A DNA stretch of 64,000 nucleotides, from positions 117,738,001 to 117,802,000 of the forward strand of contig OX597814.1 in assembly GCA_951406725.2 (NCBI GenBank). The letters run 5' to 3'. Numbering within the stretch: the first letter of the stretch is position 1; every line of letters begins with the position of its first letter. Of the stretch, positions 41,371 to 54,889 are shown in pieces. This DNA comes from Octopus vulgaris (Eukaryota). The notes beneath the pieces were generated by a model. That model was given only the letters and a program-made list of their open reading frames with translations. It made no database searches and was not told the origin of the DNA. Position numbers and translations under genes: made by a program.

Positions 41371-41757
41371 TATATTTTAACGGTTTTTTAAAAATAAATT
41401 TCCAGCGATCCCTTCATCTAATATCATGTAATAACATTCAGTTAAAATGTCCAATTGCTGGGTTACGTTTCAGTCTTTTCCCCTGATTTGTTTACATATT
41501 TTCATTCCTTCTCGAATAATACCAATGTTTTCTTCGGAATATATTTCGGAAGTATAAAGATTTGAATAACAACAGCGTTTAATACCATTTACTTATGTAG
41601 CTATTTTAATCAAGAACATTTCGCCAAAACCTGGAATTTTTATCTGTATAAGTAGGCTGTTACATCGTTGGTACATGTGTGAAATTTTGCTAACCCGGTA
41701 ACTGTTTATATATTTTTCCATGTTATTTGTAAACTTCGAAACTACACGCACACACAA

Positions 41758-41792
<35 letters not shown>

Positions 41793-42302
41793 TGTATGTA
41801 TGTATGTATGTATGTATGTATGTATGTATGTATGTATGTATCTGTATCCACCTACTGACATATAAAGTATATCTCATTTGGGGAAAACCATGTATTTTCC
41901 GTAAATATTAATTAACCAATCCAATGTAAATTTGTAAATTATCTTAATCACTAAACTTACCCCTTCTTACACTGCCCATAAACCCTCTTTCCTCATTATT
42001 ATATTCAAATTATTATAAATAATCTTTACTTATACTCGGTGAGCATGCAAAATCATTAGCCCGTGATGCGAATACGCTATACGGCATTTTGTCCGTTTTT
42101 AGGTCTGGGTTCAAATTCTGCTATGATTTGAGTATCTATTGAAATAATAAAACATGAAGCCCTAGGATCGATATCATCAACTAACACCCTGCTACTAAAT
42201 TTCATGTATTGTTCCTGAAATTGGTACTAATCTTGTGTATTAATAATTGTTTCTCACGTGGTCTATAAAAAATAAAATTTTCAACGAAATGCAGAAGTTT
42301 CG

Positions 42303-43484
42303 TTATTTCAAAACTTTTCTCGTTGCAATGGAGTGATTCATGCGTTCATTTAAATCGTTCCACAGTTTGTACATAATTTCGGTTTCAGGTAGATGGTGAA
42401 TAATTCTCTTTCTTATGATGTCCTTCGAAATCTCATGCAAAGAATCCTCCCTAACACCAAATATATAGGCCGAACCATAGTTGGTATGTTTTATACCTAA
42501 TGCATTGACTAGCATACCAGTTACATAAACATCATCGACCCAAAAACGCGGAACTTTTAACGAAATTTTGAGTAAACGGACAGGCATGTCAGGGCTCAAG
42601 ATATAAGCAGATCCCGAGCAATAAACTTCAAAAGTTTTATTCGGATATTCTTCAGGTGAAACATACCACTTACTCTCTTTGTTTCTGATGACTGGCATTC
42701 CTTCCCATACATTACACAATATAAATTTTTCCCGAGCGTATTCGTACTGTTGTAGATATCTCAAATGTTTTACCACTTGAAAAATGTCGATTAATATATC
42801 ATCATCTGTTTTCATTATATATGAGATATTGTGGCAGTTTGTTGCAATCCAGCGCAACGCTGCCATTGCTTTGGAATTTAAGTTCCGATACGTATCGTTG
42901 AATTCAGTCTGTAATATGTCATTGTAACGGGCAGATTCTACTTTGACCATATCCATAACATGACGGTTGTTGACGACACCCATCACAAATAGTAACTTGG
43001 TTTTAAATTTACCCAACACTTTCTTGTCGCCCCATGTTTGCCGTATTGCCATTCGTCGCTTAGAGTTCTCTGGTGATGCGTGAATATAAACAATCATAAA
43101 ATCATCAGGTACACATAATAAAGGAGGCTTAATTATGTGATGTGTGTAATAAGGCAGCTCTTTTTCTGGCAACAACGACCATGAGGAGCTGTTCCTAAGT
43201 GAATTTTGAACTTTCAGAACCTCATTTCCTTTTGACTGTAAACCACCCAAGACTGTTAATGATAAAACATGTACTAATGAACTATCAGATTCCTTCTTAT
43301 GTATATTTTCATCAATCGTGATATTGTTATCTCTGGCATTATCCCTCATTTTACGCATTTCAATCTCTTGCCGTGAAATCTTAAGTCGTTCCTTCGTAGA
43401 ATTTACGTGAAGAAGAAGGTAAATTGAAGAGATGATTAGCAAGAGGAGAAGCATGCGGAATCTTCTGGATCGGCGCAGCAACAT
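42303..43484 (-). CDS. beta-1,3-galactosyltransferase-like (GT31/Galactosyl_T; B3GALT1/5/brainiac-like), copy 1
   Basis: 393 aa type II membrane protein: basic N-terminus and hydrophobic TM; GT31 motifs RRMAIRQTWG, E..YNDIL..F.DTY.NL.SK, YIMKTDDD (DxD), KWYVS.EEYP, YCSG.AY, WVDDVYVTG. A polypyrimidine-AG acceptor lies at ~43552 upstream. Confidence 0.95.
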   Translation of the reverse strand: MLLRRSRRFRMLLLLLIISSIYLLLHVNSTKERLKISRQEIEMRKMRDNARDNNITIDENIHKKESDSSLVHVLSLTVLGGLQSKGNEVLKVQNSLRNSSSWSLLPEKELPYYTHHIIKPPLLCVPDDFMIVYIHASPENSKRRMAIRQTWGDKKVLGKFKTKLLFVMGVVNNRHVMDMVKVESARYNDILQTEFNDTYRNLNSKAMAALRWIATNCHNISYIMKTDDDILIDIFQVVKHLRYLQQYEYAREKFILCNVWEGMPVIRNKESKWYVSPEEYPNKTFEVYCSGSAYILSPDMPVRLLKISLKVPRFWVDDVYVTGMLVNALGIKHTNYGSAYIFGVREDSLHEISKDIIRKRIIHHLPETEIMYKLWNDLNERMNHSIATRKVLK

Positions 43485-43875
43485 TACTGCCGTATTTCAT
43501 TATATGTAGAGCCTTTTGTTTTAGAAAATTCACTTCAAATACCAATTTGAACTGTAATAAGAAAATGAAAAAATTTTTTAGCGAAACAAATCAAATTAAT
43601 ATTCGTGATTATAGGTATAAATACATATATGCTTATATATTCACATATATATGCATACACACATACATGCATACACACATACAGGTATACATATATATTT
43701 TTATAACTTGGTGCATGCTCGATGTCGCTCTCAACCACATTTTTACTTTCAAACAATATATATATGTGTATATATGTATGTGTATGTGTGTGTATATGTG
43801 TGCATGAAGATACGTATGCATACGTATGGTACCAATGATAGAAAATGTATTCCATTCAAAGAGAGATACATACTA

Positions 43876-45400
43876 CACTGCGGAAGAATTTCCATTTTTG
43901 TCTATTGATTTAAATTTAACAGCTAATTCGAGGTAATTCGTATGCGCATGCTCTCTCAGTTCCTGATTTTGTTTAAATACACATTGTATCGAGATCCCAG
44001 ATTTCGACACTGCGACGACATCTGCGGCATTCATTCCGCATGCCACTTGTAGAGGTAGATCAAGATATTTCAGAGAATGTTGTTATGATATCTGAGCCGT
44101 GTGACACTGATTTTGATCTGAGCGGGTTTGAAAATCAAAATGATCCGCAAAAGCTTAACTACGCAGTGTTGAATGATCTTCTAAAGGATCTAGATTTTCT
44201 AAAAAAGCTGCGGTAATTTTAGCTTCAAAATTTAGAGAGAAAAATGTGCTTAATTCAAACATATACATTACGTTTTATTGAAAAATTATTAAGAGTTAAA
44301 TAAAAATCATCTTTGTTTGGTAGTATATATATATACACAGTAGGAGATATATTGAATAGTTTACAAATAATAGTTTCGTACAGAGGAGAGTTTCGTATAT
44401 TGCGGCAAAGTACCTGGTTTGTTACTGGAGATGGGGGGTTGAGTCTTACGATACAAATGAGGGCATCTGTTTGTAAAGGAAAACAATTCTGAAGTGTGCA
44501 TTACTGCATAATGGCAATCTATATGGCTCGTTACCGATTGGGTACTCAAAAAATATTAGAGAAAATTATTCACATATAGAGAAGTTTTTAAATCTTATTA
44601 AATATATGACCGGATCGCATGTGTTCAATTAAAAATTGTTAGTTTTCTGCTCGGACAAAAAGCAGTGTACATTAAATATCCCTGTTTCCTTTGCTTATGG
44701 GTCAGCGGAGCCAAGGAAGACTATTATTTCTAACAAATCTGACCAGCAGAAACATCGCTTACTCTCGTAGAAAGAAAAAAAGAGTACAATATGTAAAAGC
44801 TTTTGATACGATCGGCTAGTGTTTCAAATTCTGATGGTATCAAAGAAAGGTTGCGATTTTCCTAATGTCATGAATGAATGCGAACAAAATGCCTGGTTCT
44901 TATTCATGGAATTGATAGAAAACTTTAGAGGGAAATCAAAGGGCAGATAACTACGAAGTAATCATGAAAATAAACGAAATCACTTTTTTAAATTACTACA
45001 GAGAGTTAGGGTGCAATATATTTTAGATAGTCTTCTTGACGAATTCCCAAGTAATATAAGCTCTGTAAATGACGGACAACTGGAAAGATTCCACCAAGAT
45101 ATGGGAATTGTGGAGTAACGGTATAAAGGATACTGGGATTCCAGCATGATGGCTGATTACTGTTTCATTAGTATGTTTGGTAAGATTGCTTGATAAGTGA
45201 GCTGCCATCAACAATCACATGCGCTAGAAAGTTTTATGAAAGAAAATTTTCAGCAGAGTGAAAGCTGGATGCTGACATATTTTTCCACTTTGTATGAATA
45301 TTTTATCCCGTTTCTGCTGTTCTATCCGCATTTGTGCATTTGAAATATATTATTATCTTATTTTTAACTCACAATAAATACTTCAGCGCTTCAAAGGCGA
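43876..45400 (+). mobile_element. degenerate DNA transposon (tentatively Chapaev3/CMC-like), copy 1
   Basis: Remnants PQKLNYAVLNDLLKDL..FLASK, LKCALLHNGNLY, LKIVSFLLGQ..YIKYPCFLCLW, ERFHQDM...MMADYC match a widespread transposase family; starts with CACTG. Superfamily assignment is from recall and uncertain. Confidence 0.65.
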
Positions 45401-45640
45401 ACATGCTTTCTATGTTATGTCCCAAGAATGTTTTTTACCTCATCATACCTTCTATCATATAATTTTTATATATATTTTATGTATATTTTTTATATATTTT
45501 TTATATATTTTTTATGTATTTTTATATTACTTTTTATGGCGAAAAATGCGAGTGAAGATGTGTACGTTTACATAGCGATGTAGTTACAACACAGTAATCT
45601 CCCTTTGTATAACGGTTTTTTTCATAGCGTTTTCAAATAG

Positions 45641-45707
45641 CAAGATAACCGAAGAGATGGCGTTGTGGATTCCCACTTCGGCATCTGAAACTCAGAGTTT
45701 TATCTTG
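45641..45707 (+). ncRNA. putative type I hammerhead motif (U4C core variant) in a (TA)n-abutting cassette
   Basis: caagataa-CCGAAGA-gatggcg..gtgg....ccac..cggcatct-GAAAC-tcaga-GTT-ttatcttg; 8 bp stem I. Duplicated at 61490-61556. Confidence 0.55.
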
Positions 45708-45803
45708 ACTATCGAGTAATGTAACATATTATTTTATAGATAAATTTCCTCTATTTACATAATATTGAGGTCTCTTTCTTTCTTTTGTTATCTTACCGTT
45801 TTA

Positions 45804-45861
<58 letters not shown>

Positions 45862-45968
45862 CATATACATTATTTACATAATTTACATTTGACGGATGTT
45901 TGTACTTATCTTGTCTCATGTTAACACAAATTTGCGGCTGATACGGCTGATATGTTGTATTTTTCTAC

Positions 45969-46045
<77 letters not shown>

Positions 46046-46152
46046 CATTATCCTCGAGGCTTCGTCTGATATATCCTCGAGGCTTCGTCAGGTGTCTTGC
46101 GGAAATATCGAACACTGGTTCTCATACATAATGTATTTTTCGATGTTATAAC

Positions 46153-46199
<47 letters not shown>

Positions 46200-46200
<1 letters not shown>

Positions 46201-46690
46201 GAAAAGGTCACACAAAACGAGAAAGCAACCATACTCTGGGATATGCCGATACACACAGATAGAGAAATTAAGGCCAACAGACCAGATATAGTTGTCAGAG
46301 ATCATGAAGAAAAAAATGCTTTCTAATTGATGTATCAATACCGGCAGATGACAACGTGCCTCTAAAAGAAATGGAGAAACTCTCAAAATACAAAGACCTG
46401 GAAATAGAGGTAACTAGAATGTGGAACCTGAAAACAGAAACAATTCCTATCATAGTAGGTGCAGTAGGCATGATAAAAAAATATTCAGACAAATACATAA
46501 CAAAAACACAAGGACTTTCAAACACATATAACATACAGAAAATTGCACTACTAGGCACTGCACACATCCTACGCAGAACACTTTCCATACAATAACCATC
46601 AGAGCATCACAACAAATCACATACCCAAGGCACACAGAGCTGCGCTCGGTAGTGAAGTGAAAGCACACTATAAAAATAAAGCTACTGAAT
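46200..46690 (+). mobile_element. Dong/R4 family B 3' fragment between TAA arrays
   Basis: Matches 27958-28448; also present in the duplicate at 61980-62476. Confidence 0.92.
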
Positions 46691-46693
46691 AAC

Positions 46694-46760
<67 letters not shown>

Positions 46761-46895
46761 TTAATAGAACTAGTAATTCGAAATTTTCCCAAGACCCCTG
46801 AATGCTGGAGGGTATTTCAGGATAGGGATAAATATACTTTAAATGTAAAGAATGTAAACAATGTACCTAATTCCTCATCTCTTAAATATAGATCT

Positions 46896-46947
<52 letters not shown>

Positions 46948-47292
46948 ACCTTTTATATCCAAGACCGGAACATGCAGTTAAATTATGATAGAAACACTCA
47001 AATGCCAGCACATTCGAAATCAGGAAAAAAAAATATATATATACTCCAGCGTAGTTTAAAATAACAGTTCACAATATATAAATATCTGATAACGGCAATT
47101 GACTTTACCCTCTAAACTACACATAAACTTAATAACACAAAAATCTACTAACTTCTAAGGACAACAGTGTTAGCTAATTAAAATATAAAAGAATTAAAAA
47201 CCAATATACAATCCCCTAAAACTAATATGTCTCACAATATCAGATAAATTTCAATGAAGCCTCTAAAGATATGTAAAAATTAAAATTTAAAT

Positions 47293-47321
47293 TACCCTAA
47301 CACTAACCCTAACCCTAACCC
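47293..47321. repeat. short (CCCTAA)-like telomeric-type repeat (also 63063-63091)
   Basis: accctaacactaaccctaaccctaaccc. Confidence 0.6.
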
Positions 47322-47874
47322 TTCTTCAATTGTCCCTGTTTCATCTACTCCACGTTCGAAGGTAAGGACAAGAAGCGACTTCTTTGAAACAGTCCTTCCC
47401 GCAAAGCAAATTGAATAATATTTGGGACATTTTGCGAAGGGGTAAACGTGGTAACAAGAACAGGAGAGTAAGAAAAAAAACAAGACGGTAAAAACAATAA
47501 AAGTAAAAACAGTAAAAGTCAGAACAAAGAGAATAACACTGTGTCAACTCCAGCATCGGGACCAACTTCAAGCGACTATTAAGGCACGCTAGAAAACACT
47601 GCTCCTCTAAAGGGAAATCTTACCTGTCATTAAGGTTTGTCAGACAAAGACAAGCAGTTGGCCACTCTAGAAAGCACACAGTAAATGCTCCACAAGCATC
47701 CAAACAGAATCAGTCCTCAATTCCTTTCATATGGTAAAACGTTTTCAAGGCACCAGCACGCCAGAAGAAACCCATTCGTGTCCATAGAACATGAATAAGG
47801 CTTTATTTTACCTAACACTCATTTGTCTTTCACGAGATGAGAATTCATCATATATATATATATATATATACATA

Positions 47875-48094
47875 TCAGCATTTCAGCATGTGTACCTCGT
47901 AAACACCAGTCGCGTTTTTTTTCCCTCTTTCGCCCACATCGGGACCTTTCTTCATTCTTCCTTCTCTTATGTTTCCGACGAAGAGCTCCGCTCGAAACGT
48001 CATACCTTCCTTCTTCCATTTTCCTGAGCGCCTAATAATAATAATACTGTAATTGTTCCACGTGTTGTTTTTTTCTGTTTTCCCGTTTGGATTA

Positions 48095-48170
<76 letters not shown>

Positions 48171-48227
48171 TAATCCAAACAAGAAAACAGAAAAAAAGAG
48201 AAAAAAACACAGCAACGCAGGACGTGG

Positions 48228-48232
<5 letters not shown>
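47875..48232 (+). mobile_element. Penelope-type terminal-repeat fragment with hammerhead motif, plus an inverted partial copy across (TA)n
   Basis: CCGACGA-a-gagc-tcc-gctc-GAAAC-GTC at ~47975-48001. 48053-48098 and 48167-48232 are imperfect inverted copies around (TA)n. Confidence 0.6.
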
Positions 48233-48283
<51 letters not shown>

Positions 48284-48430
48284 CGTGATATATAAATATA
48301 TACATATATACATACATATATGTACATACATACATGTATATTATTATTAGAAGTAGGTATGTATATATATGTATGTATATAAGCATATATTTATATTATT
48401 ATATGATCGAACGCCACGCATCCTTTTCCA

Positions 48431-48515
<85 letters not shown>

Positions 48516-48564
48516 ATGTGTGAGTGTGTGTGTGCGTGTGTGTATATGTTTGTCTCTATGTATG

Positions 48565-48606
<42 letters not shown>

Positions 48607-49539
48607 TATATATGCAAATATATATATCGACCTGTACATTACATTTACAAAGAAACGTATCATCGCAGGCAGGCATTGGCGTTGAGATTCATTAGAGAGA
48701 GATAAAATTAGAAACTGAATCGAAGAACTAGAGGAAGGCGGGGTTTTAGCATACAAGTAGATGTTGAGTGACCAGAACTAGGCATTAAATAGATCTGATT
48801 TACATTTATTTTTTTCTTAATAAGTAATTATTGTAACTCTCCATTGTTAGCAATTTTAATTATTCTTCCGGTTTAATGACTCTGACAAACCTTTGATTCA
48901 AAACATCGTAAGTCCCCAACAGTGTCTGATCATGTGTGTGTGTGTGTATTGTGTGTGTGTGTGTGTGTGTGTGTACAATGTTCAAAATGAACACACGAGT
49001 TGATATATATGGAAAAATGTCAAGGTAGAAAATACTAACATAATTTTGTGAAACATTTCAGTACCGGTTTCAGTCATTGAGACCTTTTAAACTGTAAGTA
49101 TGGAAAACAAATAAATTTAATAATACAGAATTAAAATGTTGATGACCTACAATATATTTTCCCATGTTTATAATTCAATACAGTATTCTACTGTATTAGC
49201 ATTCCTGTTACATCATTTGTTACGTATACTATTACAGATTTTCTATAGAAACCATAGCCAACGCAGATTTTGTTACGACCAACCATATCAGGGCTTTCGT
49301 ACACGACTCGTAGCAACAAAGTCGGTGTTGGCTGAAGAAAATATGTGAAAATACGTTAACAAACAAATAAAAGAAAACCTCTATTAATAATGGTCACAAA
49401 CAAATAAAACTGCTTGAGTTTCATACACAACGTTCATATATATAATATTATACATGTATATAAACTTTTCAGATGATGAAAATATCTTATAAAAAGGAAA
49501 TAACATTGGGGATAATAATGATAAATATCATAAAGAGTG

Positions 49540-49910
49540 ACTTACATTTGAAAAAGAAATTCAAGCATTGGCATTGCGGATCACAAATTTCCTGTTGAAG
49601 TTCATTCTGCTATATTTTGCTACGTTTTATTTTGTGGGGCTGTTTATTTTTCACGGATAGAGATGAATGAAGAAGTGCATTCCCCAATAACGAAATCTAA
49701 ATAACTTGATATAGGCTGGTGTTATTGTGATCGGAACGATACAAGCTGAATAATATTCATAGAAAGATTTATGTGCGGGAAAACTTGTAACTTGCTCTCT
49801 GTTTAATATGTGCGTAAATGTAGAGATCGCTTTCTTGAACACCCAACATACTGTCTGAAATATTCGCTATAACACATCACCTTATAAATATAAGCAGCTG
49901 TTTCGCCAAT
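49540..49910 (-). promoter_or_regulatory. putative non-coding 5' exon/promoter of GT31 copy 1
   Basis: Minus-strand donor GTAAGT at 49545-49540, homologous to 12941-13295; lies ~6 kb upstream of the acceptor at ~43552. Confidence 0.5.
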
Positions 49911-50229
49911 AAAATTTTCGTTTCATGTAATATTTCATAATAAGTTTAAAATTTGGAGCAAATATATAAAAGAAAAATAAACAAAATCTGTTACCCATGT
50001 TTAAATGCTTTAACTGACCAATGAAACAATTATGTGATAATTGTAAACGTGGTAGGAAATTTTACAAAAGGCACCCGTTTACAATTTGTAAGCAAAACAT
50101 TATTATTTATCCTCCACGATGCTGTGTGGTAAGACGCTTGCTTCTCAAACGCATGATTCGAGGTTCAATCCCATTTCGTAGCACCTTTGGCAAGCGTTTT
50201 CTACTGAAAGAAGCCTGCCATATATATAG

Positions 50230-50264
<35 letters not shown>

Positions 50265-50299
50265 CTGCGTGTGTGTGTGTTTTTCCCTCCCTTGCGCCA

Positions 50300-50789
50300 T
50301 AACGTGCTTTCACTTCACTACCGAGGGTAGATCTGTGTGCCTTGGGTATGGGCTGTGATTTGTTGTGATGCTCTGATGTTTACTGTATTGAAAGTGTTCT
50401 GCCTAGGATGTGTGCAGTTCCTAGTAGTGCAATTTTCTGTATGTTATATGTGTTTGTAAGTCCTGGTGTTTTTGTTATGTATTTGTCTGAATATTTTTTA
50501 ACATGCCTAATGCACCTACTATGATAGAGATTGTTTCTGCTTTTAGATTCCACATTCTAGTTACCTCTATTTCCAGGTCTTTGTATTTTGAGAGTTTCTC
50601 CATTTCTTTTAGAGGCACGTTGTAATCTGCTGGTATTGATACATTTGATACATCAATTAGAAAGCATTTTTTTCTTCATGATCTCTTGGCTTTAATTTCT
50701 CTATCTGTGCGTATCGGCATATCCCAGAGTATGGTTGCTTTCTCGTTTTTTGTGAGCTTTTCTGGTGTGTGCCTATACCATCTTTTTTC

Positions 50790-50790
<1 letters not shown>
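50300..50790 (-). mobile_element. Dong/R4 family B 3' fragment, minus strand
   Basis: Reverse complement of ~27930-28430 with small indels; its 5' side abuts (TTA)n at 50790-50883. Confidence 0.9.
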
Positions 50791-50884
<94 letters not shown>

Positions 50885-50929
50885 GTTATTCTGAGAGACT
50901 CTCGGATAGTTCTTAATTACCGGTTATTC

Positions 50930-51420
50930 TTTACGTGAAAGCATGAATGACAAATCACCAAATGTTTCAAGTCGTGTCTTCTCCTGTGACTCAAACAGAC
51001 AATACACTCCTTAGAATGCGAACTATACCGAACGTTACCGTCTTCTTGATCACTTCGAGCCTGATAGCAACTTCAATATTCTTAAGTTTTTATCAAAGCC
51101 CTTAGAAACTGCTCTGAATTCTCCAATTACCACTTGTATGACCATTATTTTTCATCATGCTCCATAACTTCCTATCTAATTCCGCAGAGGCTGGTATTAC
51201 TCAATCGTTTCTGTTTTCTTGCATTTCACCCACGAAACGGCTGGTATTGTAACATCCATTATCTTTTATTCTTATTCATCTTTTTGGATGAGCACGATAT
51301 CTGGTCGTGTCGCACTGCATGTTAAAATCCCAGAGTATTTTGCAATGTTTGTTTTTCGTTACTCCCTCTGGTTTTGTTCGTAGCATTTTTCGGCTCCCCG
51401 AGGTTTGCTTTACCACACAA
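50930..51420 (-). mobile_element. degenerate Dong/R4 endonuclease-region fragment
   Basis: Minus strand CKILWDFNMQC..RPDIV, then VVIG...IKKTV.FG.VRILR. Confidence 0.7.
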
Positions 51421-51849
51421 CAGCCAGGAGACATAAAACCACACTAAAACTACAACCACGTCATCAACTATATCAGCAACAGCATCAGAAATCTCCCAAA
51501 TAACCAGAAACATTTTAACACAAAACACCTCCCCAAGATATAACCGTCCCCTCTTCGGATACTTCAGGCATGTCTATTAATGAAGGGGGCTGTGAGAAGC
51601 TTCAATGACACACGGTTTTCGAGGCCAAGAAAAGTGGAACAAAAACACCTCAACGCCAACAAGAACAACCGGCAGATACGAACACAAGAATGATATAACT
51701 TAGAGCAACAACGCACAATTATTACCCCAACAACAGCTACATTAACATTGAATTTGGAAATAAGGAGCACGAGTTGGTATAGACGATGCTGAGCTGTGAG
51801 GTTTGAGGGACGGGAATTAGGGAACAAGAGAATAAGGGGTATCAGAGAA

Positions 51850-52084
51850 GGCGGCGAGCTGGCAGAAACGTTAGCACGCCGGGCGAAATGCTTAGCAGTA
51901 TTTCGTCTGCCGTTACGTTCTGAGTTAATATTCCGCCGAGGTCGACTTTGCCTTTCATCCTTTCGGGGTCGATTAAATAAGTACCAGTTACGCACTGGGG
52001 TCGATATAATCGACTTAATCCGTTTGTCTGTCCTTGTTTGTCCTCTCTGTGTTTAGCCCCTTGTGGGTAGTAAAGAAATAGGTA
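51850..52084 (+). mobile_element. tRNA-derived SINE family 1, full-length copy
   Basis: Pol III A-box-like ggcgagctggcagaa, B-box-like region (gttcaaattcc in other copies), central gactttgcctttcatcctttcggggtcgat.aaataagtacc resembling the MetaSINE-type core; multiple copies in the window. Confidence 0.9.
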
Positions 52085-52389
52085 TCGTTGTCGGGGTTAT
52101 CTACTTTACTTCGATTCGCCCTCGATTCACTTTCCCTGTCAGCTCTACAGCATGCGACCAGAGGTAGGACTTGATTATTTGTCCATCTTGGATGCGTAAA
52201 TCCTTCTCTCCCATCTGTTTTCTCATCTTCAGTTTCGATATCATGTTTCTCCGACGAATTCTCTCTCTCAGAGTGAGTATTCCTCTGGAAACTCCCAGGC
52301 ATGCTTCTGAGCTCTGTTCAGGAAGGTTGAAGCCTCCTGATCAGAAGAAAAGATTACTCTTCAAAATGAAGAAGAGGCAGCGCGGTTAC

Positions 52390-53290
52390 AAACCTGGCGG
52401 GAAAGTTATGACCACAAAAATTTGAGACAAGGGGTTCCCATTTCACCTGAATTATTCACATCTCTATGAGAAAAGGTTGTTACAAACTTATAGTTGTCAG
52501 ATAAACGAATAAACAAAAACGGATGCGTGTTAGATGATCTCAAATTGACTAATGTTATTCTAAACAATTCCAGGAGCATTAAAGTATCAATAGAAATACT
52601 CAGGGTAATAAAAGAAGTAAGCAAACTATGTAGACTCAGAACTAGTATTATCCAAACGAAGCTAATCTCCAATCATCTAATCGCAGTCGGAAATGTGATA
52701 GATGATGCAATACATCATTATAGCAACTAATACACCTATCTTCGAACTATAGTCTGCTTGAAGGACAAAAATCGAACCAAAGACTTTGAACGACAGATAG
52801 AGTTTGTATGGGCAGACTTTGGTAAATCGAATCACGTAACGAACAATGATTTGATCATGTGTTTCAAAAAGAAAGATTTTCAACTTGTGTGTGCTGCTTA
52901 CCATTACGTATTCATCATAAGCATGGACTACAAAGAACAATATTGAAAATTAATTAAGAGCAGTGCAAAGAGCAATGGAGTGGAGAATGGCGAAGATTAA
53001 CAAAACTGATGAGTGGAGAGACAGCATAAAAATAAGTGTGGTAACACATTGAACGGTATTCTCTGAAATAGATTTTCATGGGACATGTGCTTAGAATAAA
53101 GGAGGAAAATGGAATGGCAAATATACAGACTGGATCATACATCGTAGAAAAGAAGAGGGAAAGACCATGTAGATGTTGAAATGAAAACGTTTTTAAATTA
53201 TTCGCACCCAAATTTGAATAAGAAAATCACATCAGGCCGTGTTTGGTGGAGACACCATAGTACAGCATTCGTCCAGGAGTGGACCGAAAC
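52390..53290 (+). mobile_element. degenerate RTE-clade LINE (RT C-terminal region)
   Basis: RQGVPISPELF, W.DFGK, CVL..ITY..AWT, F.GHVLR and a GRP-like motif; many stops. Confidence 0.7.
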
Positions 53291-53813
53291 ATGTGCAAAT
53301 ATGATAACAGACAAAATATAAATAAAATCTTCCAAATTAGGGAGTGAATTATTCTGTGCAAGTCTTTCTTCCTCCCCTTTTTCCTTGTCATTAGTTTAAT
53401 ATTTTTAGATTTTATTTTCTCTATTTGTATCAGAGTTTCTGTAGTCTGTAATGTCTTATCAGCTTTACACACACATTTGAATTGTTTAAATATATATAAT
53501 AATAACAAATAAATCCGTTCTCGAATTATTTTTATCTCATTAGAATCACTTGTGAACAGCGTATCTAGAAATCCGCTTCACATACACTGATGTTGCTACA
53601 ACAGCTAAAAATAGAAAAACAATAGGAACAAGAGCCTAAAAATAGCGCTGAACTCATTGACACCGGCACTATACATCCCACAACTAGTAGTGGAGGACAA
53701 GCCCCCACACAACGCACAAAGCACATTCATTTCCATGGTAGCTGAACTGATTTACTCATCATCTCTAGTATAGTCATCGCGATTGTTACCCTGATTATCA
53801 TGATCATTCCTAT

Positions 53814-53814
53814 T

Positions 53815-53871
<57 letters not shown>

Positions 53872-53998
53872 AACTACTACTGCTGCTGCTGCTGCTACTG
53901 CTGCTGCAACTACAACTACTACTAGTAGTAGTAATAATAGTAGTAATGCGGCTACTGTTACTACTACTACCACCACCACCACCAACACCAACACCACC

Positions 53999-54048
<50 letters not shown>

Positions 54049-54050
54049 CA
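53814..54050. repeat. compound (TAC)/(TGC)/(CAC) microsatellite
   Basis: Direct reading of the sequence. Confidence 0.95.
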
Positions 54051-54644
54051 TCACCAAAACCACTAAAAACAGTAGCAACAACCACTTCCTGTAAGGCGAA
54101 ATACACTTTGTTCCTTCACTTTCTCATTGCAGCAATACCGCTATTAACATCATCTCCACCTTATAGTAGACACCATGACATCATCATCAATTCACAATTT
54201 ACTCATTCCCACGAAAACAACTCAACCCAAATCATTTAACTCTCGCATCTGAAAAGTTTCCAGGAAGATTTGCTCTGCATCCAGACTTGGGGGTTAAAGT
54301 GAAGCTTAGGAATATGCCGCTTTACTTCGCGCAAAACAACTATAAATGCAACGTAAATGTACATTCACGACTTTCCGATATGGACACATAAATATACCCT
54401 ACCTTTAGTATTAAATACTAAAACCTATATGAAACGCTACACATAGATTTTAAAAAATGGAAATATGTGAAACTAGCTCACTTCTCTCATTGCACATGAA
54501 CTCTAAATTTTGCTAAACAAGTGTGTTCCACTCTACACACGTCAAGAATCACGAAACACATCTTGAGGTGGGGTAAAACATAACAATTGCGAGCTATTTC
54601 ATCGGTGCAATCTCATCAAGGGGGCCTTCCGACAGGGGTTACAC

Positions 54645-54800
54645 TTTTACTCTTTCATTATATTCATTACTTGTTTCAGTTATTTGACTGTGGACATGCT
54701 GAGGCACCACCTTTAGTCGTGCAAATCGGCCCCAGGGCTTATTCTTTGTAAGCCTAGTAATTATTCGATCTGTCTTTGTAAGCCTAGTACTTATTCTATA
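54645..54800 (-). mobile_element. SINE family 2, 3' fragment
   Basis: Reverse complement of 33490-33600 (cttgtttcagt.atttgac.gtgg.catgctg.ggcacc.cctttagtcg). Confidence 0.75.
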
Positions 54801-54889
54801 GATTGTGTATTTCTATAAATCATCATCATGGAATTTGAGTGTTTCCTTGGAGATACCGCATGCGATAAATATGTATTCCATCTTGTGTG

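Larger units (their letters stand above)
40300..47850. repeat. tandem segmental duplication, unit 1 (paralog ~56600-63590)
   Basis: Near-identity from ~42200 to 47850 versus ~58040-63590, including shared TE insertions. Weaker but collinear similarity 40300-42200 versus 56600-58040. Offset about 15.8 kb. Confidence 0.95.

Noticed and set aside
47293-47321. Interstitial telomere or chromosome-fusion scar
   Set aside because: Only about four imperfect CCCTAA units; too short to support that interpretation.
51850-51940. tRNA gene
   Set aside because: The A/B-box-like head belongs to a multicopy SINE and does not form a cloverleaf.
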